Shown: positions 10,474 to 19,226 of the stretch, piece by piece
Layout: each line of letters begins with the position of its first letter
Position numbering within the stretch: position 1 is the first letter of the stretch
Source: Chthonomonadales bacterium
GTDB lineage: Bacteria; Armatimonadota; Chthonomonadetes; Chthonomonadales; CAJBBX01
Length of the DNA: 64,000 nt
Direction: 5' to 3'
NCBI GenBank assembly: GCA_037443035.1
Contig: JBBIPC010000001.1
Location: forward strand, 224,001-288,000
Program-made: the position numbers and the translations under genes
Notes under the pieces: model-generated
What the model was told of the DNA's origin: nothing
Seen by the model: only the letters and a program-made list of their open reading frames with translations
Database searches by the model: none

Positions 10474-11261
10474 TCAGTGTCGCCGTAGCCGGCGCTGCCG
10501 GGCGAATGGGTCGTGAAGTGGTCCGCACCCTCCTTCAGCAGGCGGATATGCGACTTGCCGCCGCGTATGACGTCACGGAGCGAGGCTCCGACGCGGCTGT
10601 CCTGGCAGGTGGGACAGCCTGTGGCGTAACCGTGACCGAGCTGACTGGCGCGACCCTGGCGAGCAGTGGTTCGCAGGTCCTGGTGGACTTCACTACGGCA
10701 GAATCAGCGGCTGCGAATGCCCAGCTTGCCCTGTCCCAGAATGTCTCGCCGGTGATAGGTACGACGGGCATGGGCGAAGCGCAGTTGGACAAGCTTGCAT
10801 CTCTGGCCCGGTCAAAGGGCATCGGAGCCATCTACGCGCCCAATTTCTCGATTGGCGCTGTGCTGATGATGCACTTAGCTAAGGTAGCCGCCCGGTTCCT
10901 GGACCGTGCCGAGATAGTCGAGTTGCATCACGACGCGAAGAAGGACGCACCATCAGGTACGGCCAGGCTCACTGCTCAGCGGATCGCCAGCATCTGGCAG
11001 TCATCAGCATCCTCGGCGTCTGGCCCAAGCACCCCGGCCCGTGGCGAAACGGTCGAGGGCGTCCCCATCCACAGCGTTCGACTCCCGGGTCTGATAGCGC
11101 ACCAAGAGGTCATCTTTGGTGCACAAGGTCAGACGCTGACGATCCGACACGACAGCCTGGACCGTGTATCGTTCATGCCGGGCATATTGTTGGCTATCCG
11201 ACGTGTTCGCGACCTTCCTGGCCTCGTCGTCGGTCTCGATACGCTTCTCGGCCTCGAATAG
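10470..11261 (+). CDS. dapB: 4-hydroxy-tetrahydrodipicolinate reductase
   Basis: GAAGRMG, ELHHDAKKDAPSGTA, IRHDSLDR.SF. Confidence 0.96.
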   Translation: MISVAVAGAAGRMGREVVRTLLQQADMRLAAAYDVTERGSDAAVLAGGTACGVTVTELTGATLASSGSQVLVDFTTAESAAANAQLALSQNVSPVIGTTGMGEAQLDKLASLARSKGIGAIYAPNFSIGAVLMMHLAKVAARFLDRAEIVELHHDAKKDAPSGTARLTAQRIASIWQSSASSASGPSTPARGETVEGVPIHSVRLPGLIAHQEVIFGAQGQTLTIRHDSLDRVSFMPGILLAIRRVRDLPGLVVGLDTLLGLE

Positions 11262-11291
11262 CACGCACGACCAGACTGCGCGAGGGGCGTC

Positions 11292-11840
11292 ATGCCCGCT
11301 GAGAACCCTACCACCGACGGCCTCCTGCCTGACATTCTTGCGCCAGGTCTGGATGTCATCTTCGTCGGCGCCGCGCCGAGCCCGGCCGCAGCCATGGCCG
11401 GTCACTACTATGCCGGTTCCCGCAACCGTTTCTGGGATCTACTCTACCGTGCCGGCTTCACACCAAAGCGTCTCGATGCAGAGCAGGACCATGAGGTGCT
11501 CTATTACGGAATCGGATTGACCGCGGTATATGTGGATCGCATTTCCGTCGCGAACCATCTCCTGCCGCCGCCTGATGAGAGCACGCTGGCGGCCCTCCAT
11601 CGGAAGCTCGAGCGTTTCTCCCCTCGAGTGGTGTGTTACAATGGAAAAGATGTGTGCCGTATGTGTACGGGCGAGGAAAACCCGCCCTGGGGAGAGATGC
11701 CGGAATACCTTGGCCGATCCATCCAGTTCGTCGCCCATAGCAGCAGTGGAAGGGCCGATCGTTGGGGTGTGGAACGGCTGGAACTGTACTGCCAGCTGCG
11801 GCAACTCGTGGAGGATCTGCGAACGGCTTCACGCCCCTAA
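11292..11840 (+). CDS. Mismatch-specific uracil/thymine DNA glycosylase (MUG/TDG family)
   Basis: LPDILAPGLDVIFVG...GHYYAG..NRFW..L..AGFT, GIGLT, SSSG. Confidence 0.85.
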   Translation: MPAENPTTDGLLPDILAPGLDVIFVGAAPSPAAAMAGHYYAGSRNRFWDLLYRAGFTPKRLDAEQDHEVLYYGIGLTAVYVDRISVANHLLPPPDESTLAALHRKLERFSPRVVCYNGKDVCRMCTGEENPPWGEMPEYLGRSIQFVAHSSSGRADRWGVERLELYCQLRQLVEDLRTASRP

Positions 11841-11883
11841 CGGAACACATGGGCCGGTGGTATTCCGTATGATCTATCGTAGC

Positions 11884-12198
11884 ATGGGAGCGAGTCTGAG
11901 GGGACCAGCACGGCTGTCCGTCCTGCTTGCGGCGATCTGTACCTTTCTGATCGCTCTAGCAGGCAGTTTCGGACACACGCACCGTTCGGACGGCGGTGCA
12001 ACCTCGTCCGTACGGGCGGAGGGCCATGGCTGTGTGGCGTGTTCCCTCTTGGGCTTCGAAAGGCCGCCGATCGAAGATCGTCCCTCCTCTCAGGGACCAC
12101 TGATTTGGGCAGCGATAGATAGCCCCCTCCGCACCGACGCACCGACCCTCTCGGTCGCGCACCCTCCAACCCTCCGAGGCCCCCCTACCCTTTCGTAA
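11884..12198 (+). CDS. DUF2946-like secreted leader protein with HTH/HxCxxC ligands and a C-terminal RGPP arrest-type motif
   Basis: Signal/TM segment RLSVLLAAICTFLIALAG, then HTH...HGCVAC, a Pro-rich linker and ...LRGPPTLS*. Alternative start ATG 11869. Confidence 0.8.
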   Translation: MGASLRGPARLSVLLAAICTFLIALAGSFGHTHRSDGGATSSVRAEGHGCVACSLLGFERPPIEDRPSSQGPLIWAAIDSPLRTDAPTLSVAHPPTLRGPPTLS

Positions 12199-12300
12199 TG
12201 CAGTCCACCTGGTAGCCGGTTCACCTGGTTCCGGCCCAGCCTGATGGTGGAGCCACGCTAGCTGCACGCTAAGCACTTCGATCTGCTAAACGAAAGGGTA
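12186..12300 (+). promoter_or_regulatory. SD-sequestering RNA structure (translational attenuator)
   Basis: TACCCTTTCGT (12186-12196) is the exact reverse complement of ACGAAAGGGTA (12290-12300), which contains the SD of ATG 12309; inner helices TGCAG/CTGCA, TCCACC/GGTGGA, GCCGG/CCGGC. Confidence 0.75.
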
Positions 12301-12308
12301 CGAAACAC

Positions 12309-13598
12309 ATGTCTGCTTGTCTCCAGCGCATGGCGACTTGCGCCATGCTCCTGCTTGCGACATTCGTTCCAGTCAGAGCGGATGAAGAACAGGGCCTCGA
12401 GAAGGTGGTGGCCGACCTTCGGAAGGTAGTCGCAGAACAACAGAAACTCATCGCCGAGCTCCAAGACCGGGTTAGGCGCTTGGAGAGCACTAGAAATGGC
12501 GAAACCGAGGAGATCCCGATCCCGCCTGTCGAGATACCGGAGCAGACCCCCGCAACGGTCTCGAGACCAGCTCCCTCCAGCTTCATGCCGGACTTCGCCG
12601 TCATCGGCAACCACCGTGGGACATTCCTTGTCCCGAGGGGATATGACGCACGGAATAGGTTCCAGTTAAGCGAGCTGGAGCTCGCCCTACAGCAACCGAT
12701 CTACACCGGGATGAACTTCTATGCCACGATTGCCGGTGGTGCTGATGCCGGATTCGGTATGGCGGTGGAAGAAGGGTATGTGACGCTGTCACGTCCGTTC
12801 AAGCTGCCCGTGGATGCCGTTGTGGGTAAGCGGCGGATGCAGTTCGGCAAGACGAACCAGCTCCACCCGCACCAATGGCGCTTTGTCGATGCCCCAGCAC
12901 CAATCGCGGCGTTTCTCGGCGAAGAAGGTCTGTTCGGCAACGGCGCATCCGTGAATTACACTCTTCCCAGCCGGAATACGTTCGTGAATCTGGAACTGGG
13001 TCTGTGGGGAGCGTCGAGCGCTCATCCCCACGAACACAGCGACACTGCGGACACCCATGCATACGAGCTTGGCGCGGGATTCGCGGGAGACATGCCCGTG
13101 GGGCGCCTATGGGTGTCACGATCCCTCTCGCCCGCGTCGGAGGTCGAGCTCGGAGCTAGTCACGCCCTAGGCAAGGGTGAAAACGGCGATCCCATTCGCC
13201 TAACAGGGCTGGACCTAACCTATCGAGGATTCCCCGGGACTTTCAGCCGGTATCAAGCACAGGGTGAGATCTTCTGGCACGCCCGAAACGACCGTACCGG
13301 TGGCACGGGTACTCACACTCGGTCTGGCCACTTCGCACTTCTAACTTACTCTCCAAACCAGTACTTCGAATATGGCCTGCGGTACGACAACACCCGGTAC
13401 CCCTGGCCCATCGAGGGAAGGGATCAGAGCCTCTCGCTCATCCTCACCAATCGCTTGAGCGAGGCTACGCTCGTACGGCTCCAGTACAAGTTCGGTGACC
13501 GCACCAGCGACGTTTTCTTGCCGGCAAGACGCGGCTACAGCGAGGTCTTCCTCCAGTTCATCTGGGGAGCCGGCTCCCACACACACCCGCTCCAATGA
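12309..13598 (+). CDS. Putative outer-membrane beta-barrel metal-uptake protein
   Basis: Signal peptide, short coiled coil, alternating beta-strand pattern, His motifs (NQLHPH, HPHEH..H, C-terminal GSHTHP); heads a metal ABC operon. Confidence 0.7.
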   Translation: MSACLQRMATCAMLLLATFVPVRADEEQGLEKVVADLRKVVAEQQKLIAELQDRVRRLESTRNGETEEIPIPPVEIPEQTPATVSRPAPSSFMPDFAVIGNHRGTFLVPRGYDARNRFQLSELELALQQPIYTGMNFYATIAGGADAGFGMAVEEGYVTLSRPFKLPVDAVVGKRRMQFGKTNQLHPHQWRFVDAPAPIAAFLGEEGLFGNGASVNYTLPSRNTFVNLELGLWGASSAHPHEHSDTADTHAYELGAGFAGDMPVGRLWVSRSLSPASEVELGASHALGKGENGDPIRLTGLDLTYRGFPGTFSRYQAQGEIFWHARNDRTGGTGTHTRSGHFALLTYSPNQYFEYGLRYDNTRYPWPIEGRDQSLSLILTNRLSEATLVRLQYKFGDRTSDVFLPARRGYSEVFLQFIWGAGSHTHPLQ

Positions 13599-13614
13599 AA
13601 GGAAGTACGAACGG

Positions 13615-14529
13615 ATGAAACACTTGTATCACATCCTTACCCTCGGTGCACTCGCTGTCTTGGGGGCCGCTGCTGCCGCCGCACCGTTAAAGGTTGTTAC
13701 CACGGACACGAATCTGGCTGATATTGCCTCGAAGGTGGGGGGCGACCGTGTTCGAGTGGAGTCTTTGAGTCGCGGCACGGACGACCCGCATCAGGTCGAA
13801 CCGCGTCCTTCTATGGTTGTGAAGCTCGCGTCCGCGGATGTCTTTGCGCGCATCGGCATGGATCTTGACCTTTGGGCCGATGGCATTCTCGAACGATGCG
13901 GCAACCGAAAAGTGCAGAAGGGCGGCCCCGGATATGCCGACTGTTCAGCGAACATCCGCGTGCTGGAAGTCCCAACCACACGGCTCGACCCATCCATGGG
14001 CGACATTCACGTCTATGGCAATCCTCATTATCTGCTCGACCCCGCCAACGGTATCGTAGCTGCCGGTAACATCGCAGCTGCTCTGATACGCGTGGATCCT
14101 GCCGGACAGGCGTACTACCGCAAGCGGTTCCTGGATTTTGGCGAGGCCATGAAACAGCATCTCGAAAAATGGCAGAAGGCCCTCGCAGGATTGAAGGGCC
14201 AGTCCATTGTCGTCTACCACCGCAATTGGATCTACTTCACCAAGCGCTTCGGTCTTGTGGAGTTTAGCGCTATCGAACCTAAGCCTGGGGTGCCGCCGTC
14301 ACCCGGGTACGTACAGGGCCTGATCCGATTGATGAAGGCGCATACCGTCAGGATCGTCCTTTGCGAGACCTTCCGGAGCCACCAATATCCTGACATGATC
14401 GCCGCCCAGACAGGTGCTCGCGCTGTGTTCGTCCCACTTGCGGTCGGCGGCGAGGCAGCAGCAACGGACTACTTCGCACTGTTCGACGTCATCACGTCGA
14501 GACTCGCATCTGGCGCCAGGCAGCCGTGA
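13615..14529 (+). CDS. Zn/Mn-type metal ABC transporter substrate-binding protein (ZnuA/TroA family)
   Basis: DPHQVEPRPS, DIHVYGNPHYLLDP, YHRNW, EPKPGVPP; signal peptide. Confidence 0.92.
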   Translation: MKHLYHILTLGALAVLGAAAAAAPLKVVTTDTNLADIASKVGGDRVRVESLSRGTDDPHQVEPRPSMVVKLASADVFARIGMDLDLWADGILERCGNRKVQKGGPGYADCSANIRVLEVPTTRLDPSMGDIHVYGNPHYLLDPANGIVAAGNIAAALIRVDPAGQAYYRKRFLDFGEAMKQHLEKWQKALAGLKGQSIVVYHRNWIYFTKRFGLVEFSAIEPKPGVPPSPGYVQGLIRLMKAHTVRIVLCETFRSHQYPDMIAAQTGARAVFVPLAVGGEAAATDYFALFDVITSRLASGARQP

Positions 14530-15290
14530 ACGCACTGATTTCCTTCGAGCACGCTCGTCTTGGATATCGCGAGCCCGTACTGGACGATGTCTGTCTGGAT
14601 GTGTTTCCGGGAGACTACCTCGGCATCGTTGGACCGAACGGCGCTGGCAAGACGACACTCTTGAGAGCCATCCTGGGACTGATCCGGCCACTGGCCGGGT
14701 CAGTCCGAAGCCCGGGTCCGGAACACCGCATTGGTTACGTGCCCCAGCGAGACACGCTCGACTCTCTCTTTCCTCTTAGTGTGCTCGACATTGTGCTCAT
14801 GGGCCTCTATCACACTTTGGGTCCAGTCCGTCGCCCAGGACCCAAGGAGCGCCGTTCAGCCATGGATGTTCTCGAGGATCTCGGTATAGGCGATCTGGCC
14901 AGTCGGAGCTACCGGAGCCTCTCTGGGGGCCAGAAACAGCGATGCATCATTGCCAGAGCGTTGATATCGAAGCCGGAGGTCCTCGTACTCGATGAGCCTA
15001 CGAATGGGATGGACTTGCCGGCCGAGCATGGCATCGTGAGTCTCATAGACCACCTCCACGCAGAGCACTCGCTGACTGTCCTCTTCGTCAGTCACATGCT
15101 GCATGTGGTTCTGAACCACGCCAGTCGCCTGGCCATCGTCGGGGACGGCAGGGTTGTTACGCTGGATGCAAGCACGGATTCGCTAGGGGATCAGTTGGCG
15201 GCCGTCTACGGAATGCCTGTGGACGTGCATGATGTACGGGGCAGCGTCGTCGTGCTGGCTCGGCAACAGCCGGATGGGGGTTCGACATGA
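14526..15290 (+). CDS. Metal ABC transporter ATP-binding protein (ZnuC-like)
   Basis: GPNGAGKTT, IGYVPQR, LSGGQKQR, LDEPT. Confidence 0.93.
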   Translation: MNALISFEHARLGYREPVLDDVCLDVFPGDYLGIVGPNGAGKTTLLRAILGLIRPLAGSVRSPGPEHRIGYVPQRDTLDSLFPLSVLDIVLMGLYHTLGPVRRPGPKERRSAMDVLEDLGIGDLASRSYRSLSGGQKQRCIIARALISKPEVLVLDEPTNGMDLPAEHGIVSLIDHLHAEHSLTVLFVSHMLHVVLNHASRLAIVGDGRVVTLDASTDSLGDQLAAVYGMPVDVHDVRGSVVVLARQQPDGGST

Positions 15291-16186
15291 GTTGGCAGGA
15301 TGTCTGGGCAGGTCTGCATCTGAACTCGACGGGCGTGATGGCCGCGGTGCTAGTGGGGTTGGTGTGCGCGTATCTCGGCGTCTTCGTGGTCCTGAAGCGC
15401 GTTGTGTTCGTCGGTCTGACGCTCGCGCAACTGTCTGGAGCGGGCATCGGGCTTGCCTTTCTGCTCGGGCCTGTTCTGGGAGCCCTTGGTCATCGCTATG
15501 CCCACTCGGTCTGGCCCGTGGGCCAAGTGGGTACTAGCCTCGAGTGGATTGCGGCAAGACCTCTATGCATCTCGCTCGTGGTCACACTGCTGGGGATCTG
15601 GCTTCTTGCCAGGCACTCCTGGTCTCACGTGGTCCCACGCGACAGTATCGTCGGAGCTGCTTACGTGGCGGCGTATGGCATGACCCTGCTGTTCATCCTT
15701 CGTAGCCCCAAAGGCATGGAAGACGTGCGGGAATTGCTCGATGGCAGCGTCATTGCGACGTCTCCGGCAGATCTGATGATGCTAGCCTTGGTCCTCGGCA
15801 CGGTGCTCGTTATTCATGCGTTGTTCTACAAGCAGCATCTGTTTGTCGCCTTCGACCCGGAGGCTGCAGCCGCCCAGTCGTACCATGTCGCGGGATGGGA
15901 AGCCCTGTTCTATGTGACGCTAGGAGTCGCCATAACAGTCGCCATGCGCCAGGCAGGGATCCTGCTCGTATTCGCTTATCTGGTGGTCCCACCCATCGTG
16001 GGACTGGTCGCTGCCAGACGTATGGGCAGTGTGCTCGGCATTGCGCTTCTGAGCGCAGGTCTCTCGGCTATCCTTGGCTTCGTCTTAGCGCTGAAATGGG
16101 ATCTCCCGCTGAGCCCACCGACAATCGGCGTGGGCCTCGGCCTGTTAGCGGTAGCTGCCCTGGCGAGACGTCGCTCGCCTGCGTGA
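15287..16186 (+). CDS. Metal ABC transporter permease (ZnuB/ABC-3 family)
   Basis: GVFVVLKRVVF, FDPEAA, G.LLVFAYLVVP; multiple TM segments. Confidence 0.9.
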   Translation: MSWQDVWAGLHLNSTGVMAAVLVGLVCAYLGVFVVLKRVVFVGLTLAQLSGAGIGLAFLLGPVLGALGHRYAHSVWPVGQVGTSLEWIAARPLCISLVVTLLGIWLLARHSWSHVVPRDSIVGAAYVAAYGMTLLFILRSPKGMEDVRELLDGSVIATSPADLMMLALVLGTVLVIHALFYKQHLFVAFDPEAAAAQSYHVAGWEALFYVTLGVAITVAMRQAGILLVFAYLVVPPIVGLVAARRMGSVLGIALLSAGLSAILGFVLALKWDLPLSPPTIGVGLGLLAVAALARRRSPA

Positions 16187-16216
16187 GAGGGTGACCATGA
16201 CCAGCTTCCGCTCGCC

Positions 16217-16495
16217 TCAGGTGAACAGCGTAGCGATTACGTAGCCGAGGAGGAACAACAGCAGTGGTATGGCAATGGCCGCGAGGATCACCAGACCTCG
16301 CTTGCCCGAGACGTTGAATGGGGCCATCTCACCACAGAAAGGACAGCGTGACCATCGCCGGCCGATCATGCGACCGCACGCGGGGCACGGAGCCATACGA
16401 GAGTGAGAACGATGCCTTCGGCTGTGGCGATGCTTGCGCGCCGTCTCAGGCTGCGCTGACCCGGTTTCCCCGGAGGTTGCCTCGGGCTCTGCCAT
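16217..16495 (-). CDS. Small zinc-ribbon membrane protein
   Basis: CPACG...CPFCG followed by a C-terminal TM helix. Confidence 0.65.
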   Translation of the reverse strand: MAEPEATSGETGSAQPETARKHRHSRRHRSHSRMAPCPACGRMIGRRWSRCPFCGEMAPFNVSGKRGLVILAAIAIPLLLFLLGYVIATLFT

Positions 16496-16589
16496 TCCTC
16501 TTACTACCAACTTCCACTACTCGTCCACGCAACACGACGGCACGCAGCGACGCGTCCTCCCGAGAGCGAAGGTCGTTCCGCGTAGTTGC

Positions 16590-16664
16590 TGGTGGGCGAT
16601 ACAAGATTTGAACTTGTGACCTCCTCGGTGTCAACGAGGCGCTCTCCCCCTGAGCTAACCGCCC
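16590..16664 (-). tRNA. tRNA-Val(GAC), CCA encoded
   Basis: Minus strand GGGCGGTTAGCTCAG...CCTCG-TTGACAC-CGAGG...GTTCAAATC...CGCCCACCA. Confidence 0.96.
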
Positions 16665-16732
16665 ACGAACGAGTACTATATAGCGCATAAGCGCTACCCA
16701 ATGCAAGTGCATGGGACGGCTCTACGGAAAGC

Positions 16733-19201
16733 ATGCGCCACGTGGCACACTTGGATACCACCACATATGTAGCAGACGTTGCAGTCCTGGATGCAGGTTC
16801 CGCGCCTGACCTTCTTACTTATGCTGTGCCTGCCTCGATTGCCGACGACGCCACACCTGGGCTGCCTGTCCAGGTTTCTGTCCGTGGCAGACTGAAGCTT
16901 GGATACATCGTACGTCTGTATCACCTGCCGACCAGCGATCCCTTGTCTTCGAGGGTCATTCCATGTCAGAGCGCTCCACCCGGAGCCGCGCCCCTAAGCG
17001 TAGAGGAACTGTCGCTAGCCGGGTGGCTTGCCGACTACTGCATAACGGGACTCGGCGATGCCATCCGTGCCGTCCGGCCCGCGGCTCTCCAGATCTCCGT
17101 CCGCCGCACCGTTCGGCTCACCACCCTCGGTCTGGCAGCGTTACGGGGCGACGATCCAGGAGTACGCCGCTCGCCAAGCCGACTGCTAGTCATGGAAACA
17201 CTGCGTGCCCGCGGTGGAAGCTGTCCCTACAGCAAGCTCGTCCAGATCGCTGGAAGCGCCGCGGCGGACTCCATCCGACTACTAGCGTCCCAGGGTCTCC
17301 TGGAGGAGGTCGTCGAGACAGTCGCTGCCACTCGCTCTCGCGAGGTTGCCGCCGTCTCCCTTGAAGAGGCGGATGTTGACGCTGCCTCGCTTACTGCTGC
17401 GCAGAAGCGCGTTGTCGAAACGCTGCGGCATGAGGCAGATGCTTGCCCTGTGGCTACCCTCATGAAAGCCGCCGCAGTCACGCGGGGAGTCATAGACGGG
17501 CTGGTGACAAAGGGCGTGCTCATCCGCACCACCGCTCGTGTTCGGCGAGCGCCCTCAGTTACTGCCCAAGCTGGAGTGGCACCCATCGCCCACACCGACG
17601 AGCAGGCTGCGGCGATCAGCGAGATTCTGGCTGACCTCCACCGGCCGCCCGAGTCCAAGCGCCCCATATTGGTGCACGGCGTAACCGCCAGCGGCAAGAC
17701 CGAGGTCTACCTGGAGGCCATTCGTTCAGTCCGTGCCACCGGCCGTGGTGCTATTGTCCTTGTGCCCGAGATCGCTCTGGCATCACAGGTCGTGGATCTC
17801 ATTGCCGCCCGATTTGGAGACGATGTCGCGGTGCTGCACAGCCGGTTGGCCAACGGGGAGAGGTGCGACGAATGGCAACGTGTTGCCGCAGGCGAAGCAG
17901 GTATCGCGGTAGGAGCTAGATCGGCAGTCTTCGCTCCAGTCAAAGACATCGGTCTGATCGTCATAGACGAGGAGCACGAAGCAGCATACAAGCAGGAGTC
18001 CGCACCGCGGTACCACGCCCGGGACGTGGCTTACAAGCGTGCACGCGATTCAGGTGCTACCGTCGTTCTCGGAAGTGCTACTCCCTCTCTCGAAAGCTAC
18101 CACGCTGCCTTGGCAGGGCAATCCACTCTCGTGACACTGGAAAAACGAGCGACCGGTGCCGCGCTTCCACAGGTCGAGATCGTGGACATGCGGCAAGAGT
18201 TCAGGACCGGCGCCGTCATGTTCAGCGCCGTACTGTTGGACGCAATGCGACAGAGGCTCGATCGCGGCGAGCAGATGCTGCTGTTCCTCAATCGGCGCGG
18301 CTACGCGGCTTTCGTTCTGTGCCGGGACTGCGGTTATGTCGCCAAGTGTCCTCAGTGCTCCGTGTCCCTCACCTACCATGCGGCGGCCAACGTGCTCCGG
18401 TGCCACCATTGCGGCCACGCACAGGCCCCTCCATTGACATGCCCGGACTGCGAGGGCGCCCGGCTGCGTGGATTCGGATTGGGCACGGAGCGGATCCAAG
18501 AGGAGCTCGCCCGGCTGCTTCCTGAGGCGCGTGTGATTCGCATGGACCGCGATACCACCGCTCGCAAGGACGCCCATGGCCGTCTGATTCGTGCGTTCCG
18601 TAACGGCGAAGCCGACATCCTTATCGGAACACAGATGGTTGCTAAGGGGCTGGACTTCCCGCGAGTGACGCTCGTAGGCGTCGTGAGTGCGGACGTAGGA
18701 CTTCACATCCCCGACTTTCGTGCTGCCGAAAGGAGCTTTCAGCTCCTGGCCCAGGTGGCAGGACGCGCAGGTCGGGCGGACGTGCCGGGACAGGTGCTCA
18801 TTCAGACCTTCACGCCAGAGCACTACGCAATCCAGTGCGCAGCTCGACAGGACTATCGCGCGTTCTACACCCACGAGATCGCCCAGCGGAGGGAACTCCG
18901 GTATCCACCGTTCGTCCACCTAGCCAACATCGTGGCGGCCGCTCCTAGCCACGAGGCAGCGCGAGACGCCCTAGACGTCGTCAAGGCGGCCATTCGATCC
19001 TGTACCGAACCATCCTGCACGGTGACAGGACCTGCCCCTGCCCCTCTCGAACGATTGAAAGGAGACTTCCGCTGGCATCTCCTACTCCGTTCCGTGCATC
19101 GCCAAGCACTGAACGAGACCATAAGGACAGCGTTGAAGGAAGTTCGCTCGAGCGTTCGCCAGTTACTGACCGTTGACTTGGATCCCATGTCGCTAGCTTG
19201 A
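16733..19201 (+). CDS. priA: Primosomal protein N' (replication restart helicase)
   Basis: HGVTASGKTEVY, LVPEIAL, DEEHE, LNRRGY, four CxxC pairs, GTQMVAKGLDFP, QVAGRAGR. Confidence 0.97.
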   Translation: MRHVAHLDTTTYVADVAVLDAGSAPDLLTYAVPASIADDATPGLPVQVSVRGRLKLGYIVRLYHLPTSDPLSSRVIPCQSAPPGAAPLSVEELSLAGWLADYCITGLGDAIRAVRPAALQISVRRTVRLTTLGLAALRGDDPGVRRSPSRLLVMETLRARGGSCPYSKLVQIAGSAAADSIRLLASQGLLEEVVETVAATRSREVAAVSLEEADVDAASLTAAQKRVVETLRHEADACPVATLMKAAAVTRGVIDGLVTKGVLIRTTARVRRAPSVTAQAGVAPIAHTDEQAAAISEILADLHRPPESKRPILVHGVTASGKTEVYLEAIRSVRATGRGAIVLVPEIALASQVVDLIAARFGDDVAVLHSRLANGERCDEWQRVAAGEAGIAVGARSAVFAPVKDIGLIVIDEEHEAAYKQESAPRYHARDVAYKRARDSGATVVLGSATPSLESYHAALAGQSTLVTLEKRATGAALPQVEIVDMRQEFRTGAVMFSAVLLDAMRQRLDRGEQMLLFLNRRGYAAFVLCRDCGYVAKCPQCSVSLTYHAAANVLRCHHCGHAQAPPLTCPDCEGARLRGFGLGTERIQEELARLLPEARVIRMDRDTTARKDAHGRLIRAFRNGEADILIGTQMVAKGLDFPRVTLVGVVSADVGLHIPDFRAAERSFQLLAQVAGRAGRADVPGQVLIQTFTPEHYAIQCAARQDYRAFYTHEIAQRRELRYPPFVHLANIVAAAPSHEAARDALDVVKAAIRSCTEPSCTVTGPAPAPLERLKGDFRWHLLLRSVHRQALNETIRTALKEVRSSVRQLLTVDLDPMSLA

Positions 19202-19226
19202 TTACGGTACTAGGAAGGACGAGAGG

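Noticed and set aside
11530..11868. 5' part of the 222-aa ORF 11530-12198
   Set aside because: It overlaps the glycosylase gene out of frame; only the 3' part (the leader) looks like a real protein.
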